The notes under the pieces were generated by a model that did no database searches, was not told the origin of the DNA, and was given only the letters and a program-made list of their open reading frames with translations. The position numbers were made by a program, and so were the translations under genes. From Vicugna vicugna (lineage: Eukaryota), in assembly GCA_013265495.1 (NCBI GenBank), contig MU058257.1, forward strand, positions 503,418-567,417: 64,000 nt of DNA, written 5' to 3'. Of the stretch, positions 12,225 through 24,330 are shown in pieces. The stretch's first letter is position 1. Each line of letters opens with the position of its first letter.

Positions 12225-12312
12225 GAACCAATCGTCAGTGGTCATGACGCCCCCTTACCAGTGGTAGGTTGCGGCACATGGGTCTGAACATGACGTGATG
12301 TTTGCACGTGGA
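12225..12312. promoter_or_regulatory. Cluster of CCAAT, CRE/ATF half-sites and E-box (candidate enhancer)
   Basis: CCAAT 12228-12232, CGTCA 12233-12237, TGACG 12245-12249, TGACGTGA 12291-12298, CACGTG 12305-12310. Confidence 0.3.
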
Positions 12313-12959
12313 TGCCACCACACAGCCAGGCTGGGCTAAGCTGACACCCAGGAGAAGACAGGAAAATGGAAAGGCCTAGATTTGGGGCAGAGGGTGGGGG
12401 TGCTGATCTGCTGGTCCATCAACCTTAGTGTCATCCCTGTATGTCAGTGGCCAAAAGTCTGTTCACCAAATGCCTGCCCACTGTAATTCCCCATGTGGCC
12501 AGTTTGCTGAATTTACTCACTTATTTTAGCTATCTAGATTTAGTTGACTGATTTTCACTTGGTCTTCATAATAGCACTTAAGGAACATTAAATTTGCCTC
12601 AGTCCCAGTTCCTTGTTGCTGTAACTTGAGACTGACTTTTAGTGAATTGTCCTGCTTAAGAAGTCACCTTGTTGCTGGACTTAGGTGAGGCGAGTCAATT
12701 ATCTCTTTTTATTTAAGCCAAATGAATGCTGAGTCCTGGTTTGCTCTTACTTGCAACTAAAAGTGTACAAATAGTTGTAGGTTGAGGGAGAGACAGAGGG
12801 AGAGAGAATCGTGTCTCACTTGTTTCTGGGTTGTAGGAATGCAAGTGTGGCTGATTCGTGCATTGATTATAGCAATCTGCACTTTTCTATATTTTTCAAT
12901 TTTAAAAATAATGGTAATGTGTTGCTACAATGAATAAATTGGCAAATTATTCTTTTAAA

Positions 12960-13126
12960 ATACTTTTTGTCCCACTATTTTATTATTAAAAATTGTTTTT
13001 AATTTGGGTGGCAGGTAATTGGGTTTATTTATTTATCAATTTATTTATTAATGGGGGTACTGGGAAATGAACCCAGGACCTCCTGCATGCTAAGCATGTG
13101 CTCTACCACTGAGCTGTACCCCCACC
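12960..13126 (-). mobile_element. tRNA-derived SINE (Vic-1-like)
   Basis: Reverse head 'gaacccaggacctcctgcatgctaagcatgtgctctaccactgagctgtacccc'. TSD-like tggcaaattattctt (12940-12954) / tggcaaactattctt (13132-13146). Confidence 0.9.
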
Positions 13127-14277
13127 AAAAGTGGCAAACTATTCTTAAAAACTGGGTTAAGTGCTATGAATGGTGCAAGTGCTAATCTCAGAGGATTGTA
13201 AAACCACTGAGAATTGGCATCAAGTTAAGGTTTGCAGAGGTGTGTGGGCGGGGAAGCCTTCCCAAAAGAGAGACAACTGAGTTAATTCTAGAAGGATCAG
13301 TCAGAGAAGGTGTGGGCTAGACCTCTGACTCCATTGATCCTGGTTTGGTTGGGGAGGCCTGGGGGAACACTTTCAGAATATTTATTATCTCTTCTAGGCT
13401 TTATTACTTTCAAACACACAATCTCCTGTCACCATCGCATCAATCTGGGAAGCAGGCATCATTATCTCCATTTGATAGAGGTCAGGACCGAAGCTGCAAA
13501 GCTCGTGCAATGAACAAATGTTGGAGCTGCGATTTGAACACAGGTCTGACGTTAAACACCATGGGCCCTCACCAGCGAGCTTCTCAGGGGTGGAAAGTCA
13601 TAGAAATATTAGCGCTGCCATTGGGATGAACTGGCTGTGAGAGTGCATAGTCACAACCCGACTCAAAGCACTTCAGCAAGAGCGGGATTTACCGCCTTCT
13701 GCAGCGAGGAAGTCTGAAGAGAGCAGATCCAGCATCAGGCTTGGCTGTATCCAGGGGTTAAGGTTGTGGCCGGAAGGGAAAACATCTCTCCTACAAAATG
13801 AGAGAGTGTCCCAAGACTGCAGAGGGGACCGTAGGAAAGACACCTGTGTGATGTCGCTTCTGTTGTCCCCCGACCTGAGGCCCCAGAGAAGCAGCTTCTC
13901 AAAGTGAACACATAACCGAGGTGCCAGTGGCCCAAACACCCGTCCAAACATTTGTGAAAAGGATCTGCATCATTTTGGGTCTGTTGTTTCTATCCCCTTG
14001 TTGTCCATCCTTAAAAGAATCACTTTGCCTACACAAAGCTACTTGTTCTTTGTTTCCAAGACAGAGGAGACTCACTCATACTTCCTGCCTTCCGGCAGGA
14101 AAGCACCCGGGCCATGCGGTGACCTTCCAGTGTCAGGCCTCCATCCGCACTAGGCGGAAAATGCCTGTTTTTCAACTCAGTGTAGAATATTTATGGTTTA
14201 GAGACTTTCGGTGATACCATCGCTTCAAGAAAGGGGAGCATCTCTTTGCTTTTTCCTCTACTTGGTCCCTCGGTAAG

Positions 14278-14499
14278 GCATGGACCATTTTTTTTTTTTC
14301 TGCAAAAGATCAAGGAAGACATATTTTTGGCTTTGCATACCATATGGTCTCTGTGGCAACAAGTTGACCGCAGTCATAATTCAAAAGCAGTCGTGGACGA
14401 TATGTAAACAAAAGCATGGCTGTGTTCCAGTAAAATTTCATTTTCAGAAACAGGAAGTAGGCCAGAGTTGGTTTATAGGCCTTGATATGCTAATCCCTG
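14278..14499 (+). mobile_element. MER58A-like hAT-Charlie MITE
   Basis: 'tatttttggctttgcataccatatggtctctgtggcaac...atatgtaaacaaaagcatggctgtgttccagtaaaattt...tgctaatccctg' matches my recollection of the MER58A consensus. Confidence 0.8.
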
Positions 14500-15183
14500 A
14501 CCTGAAGCACTGATTTTTTTTCTCATTGTTGATTAAAAGCACCATTTTTTAAAACCTATGACAGAGCAAGTGCTTTTCACATTTTACATGGGTGTGTTCT
14601 GTTTTTGTTGTTTTGATGATTACCCAAAGAGATCAGCCTGAAATAGGAATTATTATTACCTGCTTTGTGCTTCTGTTCATTCCAGAAGAGGAATAATCTT
14701 ATCAAGGCATGTAGCTTAAAATTTTTAAATTAAGAAAACCATTTTAATAGAGAAAGAAATTGAATGTTGTAAAACCTTGCATTCCAAATGTAAATCTGAT
14801 TAAGAGAAAGAGCCATGTGATCTGGACTCTGAGTTGCTGGAGTGATCATAAATTTGAGGGACCAATAAAATTATACTTTCCTCACTGTGGAGGGGAAGTT
14901 GACTGATGAAATAATTGAATAGCTGTGATTTTAAATCTCTAGAAATTCCTGCCTGATGACAGATGTGGAGTTCAAAACTTGTTTACAGATTGTACTTGAC
15001 TTTTTTTTTTAATATATAACACTTATTTTTGCAGATAACAAATACTTAGACTAACAGAAACTTTTCAAATTTATTAATATACAGCTTTAAATGTACACAC
15101 TATCTCATTTAAACTTAGTCTTGGTGATTGCTGTGATTGTTTTTCTTATACCATGGCAAAAACAGCCTCAAAAATAGAAGCTT

Positions 15184-15413
15184 GGGTGGCGGGGAGGGAG
15201 AAATTAAGAGTTTGGGATTAACACATACACACTACTGTATATAAAATAGGTAAACAACAAGGACCTACTGTGTAGCACAGGGGGCTACATTCAATAGCTT
15301 GTAATAACCTATAATGGAAAAGATCAGACAAAGAAAATATATATATATTTGATAATTGAATCGCTTTGCTGCAACACAGCATTATAAATCAACTGTACTT
15401 CAAACAACAAACA
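15184..15413 (+). mobile_element. LINE-1 3' terminal fragment
   Basis: 3' UTR 'gagtttgggattaacacatacacactactgtatataaaataggtaaacaacaaggacctactg'. TSD aaaatagaagctt (15171-15183) / aaagtagatgctt (15414-15426). Confidence 0.9.
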
Positions 15414-16172
15414 AAAGTAGATGCTTAACTCACAAGTACACCGTAACCTCAGGAACGAGGTGTGTTGGGCATCATTATCCTTCCTTTCAGACGTAACACA
15501 ACGTCAAGGTCCGGGAGGTAACCTGACTCTCCTCAGGTCACACATCTAGTGACTGGCACAGCCAGAACCATAATGTAGATTTTGGACTGCAGGTCCATAC
15601 TCTTGGATTCCGTCGTATTTATCAAACTGCCCTCACTGACATGCAGACTTTTCTACCCTTCAATTGTTTTACAGATTTTTTTTTTAAAGGTGACTAAAAG
15701 AACAAATGATTTCAAGTGTCAGCTGCAACTTACAACCACTGTTTGACAATCACAATAAAGAGAATAACACATGTTTTGGGCAGATCACTTACATCTGTAG
15801 AATGAAGGGGTTTCAGGCTGTGCTCTGTGGATTCCTGAAATCTCAGGTGGACCTCAGAAATCAGGCATTCTTAAAGATGCTTAAGCTCTTCCACAATCAA
15901 TGTCATGTGCTTGTCCCAATGATAAAAAGTTAGTCTGTCCAAGAAGGCTATGTGCTAGTTTTAATATTTTCTTTTTTTATATGAGTGATCTCTGTACGCT
16001 CTTATTTGAAAATACATTACTTTGCTAAATAATTTACTAGGCTAGATAATTTTTCCTCCCAGCCTTCACATTTTGTGATACTCTGATTTAAGAGTCAAAT
16101 CTATATCTGAAGGTGAAAAAGATGCAACGAGGAAAGCAAACAATTATATTGTTTTAAAAGAAAAACAACTTT

Positions 16173-16270
16173 GGGGGAGGGTAGAGCTCAGTGGCAGAGC
16201 GCATGCTTAGCATGCACGAGGTCCTGGGTTCAAGCCCCAGTGTCTCCATCAAAAAAAAAAAAAAAGAAAA
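16173..16270 (+). mobile_element. tRNA-derived SINE (Vic-1-like), short form with pure poly(A)
   Basis: 'gggggagggtagagctcagtggcagagcgcatgcttagcatgcacgaggtcctgggttcaagcccc' followed directly by an A run. Confidence 0.92.
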
Positions 16271-16413
16271 GAAATTTTGATTATTCCCAAACATGGATGA
16301 TTTTGATAAATTCTATCCTGCCTCTGACCCACAATCAACAGCCTTCAAGCTATTCCACAGTTTTAGAGTAACTTAAATACGCAGTACATGCTTCACGAAC
16401 ATGACACGTTAGT

Positions 16414-16443
16414 TGAGTGAGTGAGTGAGTGAGTGAGTGAGTG
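16414..16443. repeat. (TGAG)n tetranucleotide microsatellite
   Basis: Directly visible. Confidence 0.9.
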
Positions 16444-16579
16444 CAGACTCAGAGGGCTCGGGAGGGAGGGTGTCAGGACCACAGCGCTAAGTGTTACATT
16501 AGGACCAGTGCAGCCAGATCCTGCTCTGGAAGCCAAGCTTCCATTCCCACTGCCCAGTGTTTTGTTCCTTTTATGAATA

Positions 16580-16955
16580 TTTTTTATTGTGACAAAAGAG
16601 GCCTAACAGAAAAGTTACCATTTTGACTGTCTGTCAGCACTTCCATGGCACTAAGTACATACACATCAGGGCAGCCATCACTGCTGCCCATCACCAGAAC
16701 TTTGTCTTCTTCTCCACCGGAAACTCCATCCCCATCAAACGCTACCTCACATCCTCCCCTCCTTCCAGACCTTGGAAGCTATCATTCTCCTTTCTGTCTG
16801 TGAATTTAGGTACCTCATATAAGTGGAATGACACAATGTTTGTTCTTTTGTGCCTGGCTTATTTCATGTAGCATTTTGTCTTCAAGCTTCATCCGTGTTA
16901 CAGCGTGTGTCAGAATTTCATTCCTTTTTAGGGCTGGATAATGTTCCACTGTTCT
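16580..16955 (-). mobile_element. Older L1MB-like 3' end, left half of an interrupted host element
   Basis: 'aggtacctcatataagtggaatgacacaatgtttgttc...cagaatttcattcctttttagggctggataatgttccactg'. The element resumes at about 18415. Confidence 0.8.
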
Positions 16956-18397
16956 TTAATCAAAGCAGTGTGGTACTAGCACAAAAACAGAAACATAGAT
17001 CAACGGAGCAGGATAGTAAGTCCAGAAATAAACCACAAACTTATGGTCAATTAATCTGTGACAAAGGAAGCAAGAATATATGATGGAGAAGACAGTCTCT
17101 TCAATAAGTGGTGCTGGAAAAACTGGACAGCTACCTGTAAAAGACTGAAATTAGAGCATTCTATAACACCATATACAAAAATAAACTCAAGATGGATTAA
17201 AGACTTAAATGTAAGACCAGATACTATAAAACTCCTATAGGAAAACATAGGCAGAACACACTCGGACATAAGTCACACCAATATATTTTTGAACCAGCTC
17301 CTAGAGTAATGGAAATAAAAGCAAAAATAAACAAATGGGATCTAATTAAACTTAAAAACTTTTGCACAGCTAAGGATATCATCAACAAAATGAAGACAGT
17401 CAACAGAATGGGAGAAAATATTTGCAAATGATGCAACTAACAAGGAACTAATTTCCAAAATATACAAACAGCTCATACACCTTAATATCAAAAAAAGAAC
17501 CCCAAAAAACAAAAACAACCCAATCAAAAATGGGCAGAAGACCTAGACATCTCTCCAAAGAAGACATACAGATGGCCAACAAGGACATCAAAAGATGCTC
17601 AACATCACTAATTGTTAGAGAAATGCAAATCAAAACTACAATGAGGTATTACCTCACACCAGTCACAATGGCCATCATTAAAAAGTCCACGAACAATAAA
17701 TGCTGGAGAGGGTGTGGAGAAATGGGACCCCTCCTACACTGCTGGTGGGAATGTAAATTGGTGCAGCCACTAGGGAGGACAGTATCGAGATTTCTTAAAA
17801 AACTAAAAATAAACTTAACATATAATCCAACAATCCCACTCCTGGGCATACACTTGGAGAAAAATATAATTAAAAAAGACACATGCACCCCAATATTCAC
17901 AGCAGCTTTATTTATAATAGGCAAGACATGGAAACAACCCAAATGTCCATTGACAGATGACACACATACACATACGTACAATGGAATACTACTCATCCAT
18001 AAAAAAGAATAAAATAATACCATTTGCAACAATATGGATGGACCTGGAGATCATCATTCTAAGTGAAGTAAGCCAGAAAGATAAAGAAAAATGCCCCAGG
18101 ATATTGCTTATATGTGGAATATGAAAAAAAAAGGACACAAATGAACTTATCTACAAAACAAAAACAGATTCACAGTCATAGAGAACAAACTTATGGTTAC
18201 CAGTGGGTAAAGGGGGTGGGAAGGGATAAATTGGGAATTCAAAAATTGTACCTCTTGGGGAGTGATGGAAATGTTAGCTATCTTGATTGTGGTAGTGGTT
18301 TCATTGGTGTCTATGTCTATCAAAATTCATCAAATTGTACATTTGAAATGTGTATAGTTTACTGTACAAGAACCATACAATAAATAACATAACAATA
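16956..18397 (+). mobile_element. LINE-1 insert (ORF2 C-terminal third plus partial 3' UTR) carrying an extra older-L1M-like 3' tail
   Basis: ORF2 peptides include [35 protein letters not shown] and [24 protein letters not shown]. Flanked by aatgttccactgttct (16940-16955) / aatgtgtccactgttct (18398-18414). Confidence 0.93.
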
Positions 18398-18414
18398 AAT
18401 GTGTCCACTGTTCT

Positions 18415-18895
18415 CCACTGTATGTATATATTACATTTTGTTTATCCGTTCATCCAACAGCTGGGGTGTTTCCAACTGTTGGCTCTTATGAATCATGGTG
18501 CTACGAACATGGGTGTACCAACATCTTTTCCAGTGCTTGCTTTCAGTTCCCCAAAGGATATACCCAAATGATATACCCAGAAGTTGATTTGCTGGGTCAT
18601 ATGGAAATTTTGTTTACTTTTGTAGGAAACACCATGCTGTTTTTCATAGCGTGGTGCTATTTCACATTCCCATCAGCAACGCACAAAGGTTCCAATTTCC
18701 TTGCATCCTCATCAGCACTTGTTATTTCCTTCCATCCTTCCTTCCTTCCTTCCTTCCTTCCTTGCTTCCTTCCTTCCTTCTTCTCTCTTCCTTTCTTCCT
18801 TTCCTTTTTTGCTTTCTTTTCTTCCTTCCTTTCTCTTTCTTCCCTCCCTTCCATCTTTTTAAAAAATAATAGCCTTTCTAATGGGTGTGGCCTGA
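18415..18895 (-). mobile_element. Older L1MB-like element, right half of host, containing a (TTCC)n tract at about 18729-18855
   Basis: 'tatgtatatattacattttgtttatccgttcatc...ggtgtttccaactgttggctcttatgaatcatggtgctacgaacatggg' continues the 16580-16955 element. Confidence 0.8.
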
Positions 18896-19951
18896 TTAGT
18901 TTTTGACAGAGTGAGAAACTGAAGGGCAAAAGGGGTAAAATGAGCATGAGAATCCAGTAACATTAAAGCAAAACCGGAGCAACTCAGAGACTTCATCCAA
19001 GTACAGCTGCTAGAGAAGCTCCCGGCCACATCCCGTCTTGGGTTTTCCCCAGGGATCTCAATACACTAATAAGAAAGCAGAGGCACATGGATCATGTCCT
19101 CTGTCAAATATGCCATGATTTCAATCCATTGTTCTCTGGAGCCATAGATAGGATGCCTGGGTGAAATTATCTTGTATAAAGTTCTTTGGACACAATGTTA
19201 ACTGTTTTTTTGGAAAGACCCTAAGATGGATAGATTGCTTCCCAAATCCTTCTCCTGTACCAAGTATACTCTTGAGCTCCAAATATATTGATTGCAATTG
19301 AAGAGAATAAAACAAAATAAAAGAATTCTGAAAAAGATAAATCACACATTCTTAGATCAGGAATGTCACGTGTGAGTGGACATTACATTACTCGTTACAT
19401 TATTTTTCCAAAATAAGTGGAAACCATCCAATCCCAAGATTAGCTAGGAGGTCGGTGTTTGACCCTTCCTCCACTGCTCCCTCCTCTTGCCCTCTGCTGA
19501 TGGACCTGAGCACCCCCTTGGGCTTCAGCATCCCTCAGTGGGCCATCTGCCTCCTCCTACACCCAGCAGAACAAAGCAGTTAAACCTGAATCAGTTAACA
19601 CTGGCATTGCCTCTCCCTGCCAAGTGCAGTTTTGTTGCACGTTTGTCACCCCCAGGCAACAGATGCGTCTGGTCTGCATCACACAATGGTGCTCTGTCTT
19701 GACCTCCATCACCGTCCTAGAGAGAATAAGCTTCATTGAGCTCGCTTTGTGCTCAAGCTCCCTCCTCAGTGAGCACAGCCCCTCACAGCCACCGCTCCTG
19801 GGCACGGGCACTGCGCCAGCCCCAGTCTGGGTCTGAAGGACCGGTCATCATCAGCTACATGTGTGTTCAAACCAGCTGTTCTCCAAAAATCCTCTGGGGC
19901 TTGGCTTTAGTCTTGGTTACCAGCTTGGAAACGCATTTTCCTCAAGATAAT

Positions 19952-20735
19952 TTTTAAATAGTCTTTATTTTTTAGATCAGCAGGAGGTTCTCAGCAAAAT
20001 GGAGCAGAAAGCAGAGCTCCCATACAGAGCAGTTTCACTGCTCTACACACCTACTGGGCGCTCCCTGATCATCCCTCCCTCTCCCCTGCCCCCACTGGCA
20101 ACCACTGTTTTTATGTCTCCATAGTTTTGCCTTTGCCAGAATGTCGTGTAATTGGAATCACACAGCATGTAGCATTTTCCAACTAGTTTCTTTCACTTAG
20201 CAATATGCATTTAGGTTTCCTCCATGTCTTTTCATGGCTTGAGGGCTCTCTCTTTTTTTTTTGGTATGTGGATAAAAGTTTTCAACTCATTTGGATAAAT
20301 ACCAGTGTGTGATTCCTGATTATACGGTAACAGTATGTTTAGTTTTGTAAGAAGCAGCCCGACTGTCTTCCAAAGTGACTGTAGCACGTTGAATCCCCAG
20401 CAGCAGCGACAGAGCTCAGACACTCCTCGCCAACACTGGGCAGTGTCAGCGCTCTGGGTTTTGGTCATTCTAATAGGTGAGTGGTGGCATCTCGCTATTT
20501 GAACTTGCAGTTCCCTGACGACATGTGATGCAGAGCGTCTCTTCCTGAGCTTGTTTGCCGTCTGTGTGTCTTTTTTGGTGAGGTGTCTGTTCAGATCTTT
20601 GGCCCATTTTGAAATCTGGCTGTTTGTTTCCTTGTTGTTGCGTTTTAATAGTTCTGTCTATGTTTTGCATAACAATCCTTTATCAGAGGTGTCTTATGAG
20701 ATATTTTCTTCCTGCTTCTCATTTTCTTGACAGTA
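19952..20735 (-). mobile_element. L1MC-like fragment (3' end plus ORF2 remnant)
   Basis: 'ctggcaaccactg...tctccatagttttgcctttgccagaatgtc...ggaatcacacagcatgtagc'. The minus ORF contains LQSLWKTVGLLLTKLNILLPYN. Confidence 0.8.
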
Positions 20736-21084
20736 TCTTTCGCGAAGCATCCTCAAGACAAGTTTATTTCCGGAAGCTCGTTGTCCTGTGCCCCTGGAGT
20801 TTGCTCTGGACCGTGCTATCAGTGTTGTTACCGAAACTCCCCTCTCTGTCTCAAAATCCCCTCCCCAGAAACTGTGTTCCTCTTAAACAGATTGAACCAC
20901 CTCATCTCTAATAATCAATTCTGAGTGTCAGGGCTCTCAGGCCAACCTCTGTTCAGTCACAGGAGGCTGAGTTAGACCCTAACCTGGGACATGGTTGTCC
21001 AGACCCCCGAGTTTGCCTGAAAGCATCTCCTACGTGGTCCATGACAGGACAAAGATCTGATTTAAAAGAACACTTTTTTTGGTT

Positions 21085-21430
21085 AAAAAAAATGCAGAGT
21101 TGAAACTATTCTGTATGATATGGCAGTGGTAGACACCCGTCATGGGTGCTGTGTTCATGCACACATGCCCATCAAGCATTTGGCAAAACCCACCGAATAC
21201 AGAACTCTGAGTGCATCCCAATGTAATCTATGACTTGGGTTAATAATAATATCTCAGTGTTGGCTCAGCAATTGTAACAGATGTACCATGTTCATTCAAG
21301 ATGTCAGTGATAGAGCGAACCGGGTGTGTTGGGGCGGGCAGGGTACAGGGGTATCCGGACTCTCTGTACTTTATGCCGACTTTTCTGAAAACCTCCAACT
21401 GCTATAAAAAGTCAAGTCTACTATTTAAGA
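21085..21430 (+). mobile_element. L1MC/MD-like 3' end
   Basis: 'gaaactattctgtatgata...caaaacccaccgaa...aatgtaatctatgacttggg...aattgtaacagatgtacca...ctctctgtacttt'. Confidence 0.75.
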
Positions 21431-21709
21431 CAAATACACTGCCTCAGACTTACGAAGTAGTTTTATTTACATTTCCAATCAATTGATTTGGTTCGAAGAA
21501 GATTTTTGAAAAGGTGAAAACAACAACAAAAAGTTAAGAATGTCAATTCATTTAGGTGGAAAGCTAAGATAATCACTGGAATAATTTACTGTGGCGTCCT
21601 AAACAGACATCTCCCCCTCCTACCCTGCTTCTTCACTAAAGTGACTCAACATAGGAGAAATTTCATCCCGCCATTGGAGACTGCAATGTATTCTTACACA
21701 CTTGCGATT

Positions 21710-22268
21710 TTAGAAGGCAGAATTCTAAGAGGGTTCCCCGAAAGTCGCAGCCCTGGGTGCACACGGCTTGGATAATGCCCTCCTTGTGATGTGGAGGGAA
21801 TCTCTGCGTGGTTAGCTGCTCCCTCGGCTAGGTTACGCCACGTGGTAAGTGATGCTGGAGTAGTCACGCCCCTGACTGCATTACATTTTATGACACTCCT
21901 GTAGCAAGACTGAGAGGAGAATGGAAGGCAGAGCAACGCCCTGCCACCGCTGGGAAACCTGCAAACAGCCTGCCGTGAGCTACCTTCAGGGCCACGTGGC
22001 AGAAGACGGGCGGTGGCCTCAGGAACTGACCGCGGCCCCCAGCAAGAAAATAGGGGCCTCAGTCATTCAGCTGCAAGGAACCCAATTCTGCCAAACACTC
22101 CATGAGTGAGGGAGAGGGTCTAGAGCCCCCTGTGGGCCAGGCTTGTGGCTTGTGGCCCTGGAGCAGGGGGCACGCTGGACCCACGCCCCATGCAAACCAT
22201 GAGATAATAAACGTGCGTGATTTTAAACCATTAGGCTGGGTAGTCAGTTACGCAGGGGCAGAAAACTG
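21710..22268 (+). mobile_element. ERVL-MaLR solo LTR (MLT1E/F-like)
   Basis: Starts 'aggcagaattctaaga', contains 'ggcctcagtcattcagctgcaaggaacccaattctgccaa' and ends 'gagataataaacgtgcgtgattttaaacca...gttacgcag'. Confidence 0.75.
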
Positions 22269-23839
22269 AGTCCCCACCGCGGAGACCTAGGTTAGGAGAA
22301 AGCCTGCCTGGTCTTCTCAGCTTTCCGAGGGGAAGCCCCGGACGCCACGGGCTTGGCTGTGTTTGAGGGAGTCCACCTGCCAGCCTCAGTCTCTCAGGTG
22401 GCCAGGGGAGTGGCGCTGATGCCAGCTGCCCCACGGCTGCCTGCCTGGTGGAGGGGGCTCAGCAGGCCCGACTGCTCTCCCCGACACCCCCGGTGCAGGA
22501 AGCACCTGCTCTCTGCCCGCACCACCAACCTCTCCCAGGAGAAGCTCACTCAGGCCCACCGGTCCGGGCTCAGACCCTTCCCTTCCGGGGGGTCCTGGAG
22601 CCAGCGCTCCCCCAGTGCTGGGGGCACTCGCTCCGGCTAAGTCAAGCAAGTAAGCTCAGCAGCAGCAACCAGTCACTCGCTGCAGGCATGGGATCTTCTG
22701 GTCAAAAGGAAAGCTCTGAGATGGCCCTTTATAGCCAACGGGCCCCAGGAAACAGGAGCCAGGAGGGGGTTTGGGAGAGACGTTTGAGTTCATACTCATG
22801 ATGAGATTTGAGAGGGAACTGTATCCAGGAAAAGACAAGCAAACAAACGCTCTGAAAAGAAATGATTCTTTAAAAAAAAAAACTGAGCCATAATTGTCCA
22901 GATAAAAACCTAAGTAATGACAGTGAATAACAAAACAGACGATTTCAAAATCTGGAAACTGGATGGCGCGTACACACAAGAAGGAGACCGTCAAACACGA
23001 AGGGTGTCTTGGAGAACAGACAGAAGTCGAATTTAAAAATAGTCAGAGTTCTGGGTGCACAAAAGGACACACTGGAGACTGAACAGTCAACAAAACAATG
23101 GGAGACAGTTCTTCAGAGCTGGAGAAAGGGCGGTTGTCTACTGAAAATGTTCACCAACAAATGGCGGCATTATTTTTCAAAGGCCCATTTCTAATGTCAA
23201 GAACCGTGAAAGGTGTGAGATTTTACCAGAGCTACACGTTAACAAGGAAAAGGATCCTAACTCAGAACCACAGACATTCAGAGATTTCGAATGTAACAGT
23301 GTACCAACCACGTGCACTTCTGGGGTAACTATTTGCGAAGAGACTTCAGGTAAACAAAAACCACATCAGAGTGAAGATCACAAGAAAGGAAAAGACACGA
23401 TTGACAAGTAAGGGCAGTGAGCGGTAAAAACTCAGTAAAACTTAGAGTGAAATCTAAATAAGTTTTGAGAAATGAGGTGGGATGCAATTGCAGTTGTGAT
23501 GCAAAAGTTACCATGAAAAAGAAGCCGTATTGTAAGGAAATAATTACCAGAGCATCTGGGAAATTGTTCAGACTATTCAGTAAAGCCTGGGGAAGGGGCA
23601 GACGGAGGGAAAGAAGGGGAAGGAGAAGCTTGCAAGGGTTCCCATTGGGGGAGGAAGCCCAGGACATAGTTATGATTTAATATTAGATTCTGATAGAGAA
23701 ACGTAAGCTCACATGTCTTTGGTAAAATATAATAATGATCATCAGTAGAACTTAAAATAATGCACAGAACTCCCTCGTCAATACTGGGGAAAAAACATAT
23801 AAAACTGGTTTAGTGAAGGATCAATCAAGAGAGGAGAAT

Positions 23840-24016
23840 AAAAGAGTCAATCTTAAAAGTTCTCATCACAAGCAAAACACGTTCAACTATGTCTGGTGGT
23901 GGATGTTAACTAGACTTACTGTCATGATCACTCTGCAATACATGCAAGTATCGAATCGTGTCGCTTACCTGAAACTAGTATAATATTATATGTCAATATA
24001 CCTCAGTTTAGAAAAA
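23840..24016 (+). mobile_element. L1MA-like 3' end
   Basis: 'aatcttaaaagttctcatcacaag...ggatgttaactagacttactg...cctgaaactagtataatattatatgtcaat'. Confidence 0.75.
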
Positions 24017-24149
24017 GAGAGAGAGGAGGAATTTCTGCAGTGTTCCCTCATGGGACCTGCCTTCCACCATGCCATTCTTAGCTTTCCTTCTGGAAGAATC
24101 GCCTTGCACCAAATGGACAGAAGCACTGGGTTTTAAAAAACAAAAACCA

Positions 24150-24330
24150 AAAAACTTCTTCTGTAGAGCACAGGGAACTATATTCAATATCTTGTAATAA
24201 CCTTTAATGAAAAAGAATATGTAAACGAATCTATGTATGTATATGCATGACTGGGACACTGTGACGGACACCAGAAATGGACACATTGTAACTGACTGTA
24301 CTTCAATTAAAAAATAAAAAACAAAAAAGA
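24150..24330 (+). mobile_element. LINE-1 3' terminal fragment
   Basis: 'agcacagggaactatattcaatatcttgtaataacc...actgactgtacttcaattaaaaaataaaaaac'. Confidence 0.88.

Noticed and set aside
17058..18012. Functional reverse transcriptase gene
   Set aside because: It is a 5'-truncated, frameshifted L1 ORF2 C-terminal remnant without endonuclease or RT core.
18466..18947. Lys/Glu/Arg-rich and Phe/Leu/Ser-rich ORFs
   Set aside because: These are translations of a (TTCC)n simple repeat within an old L1.
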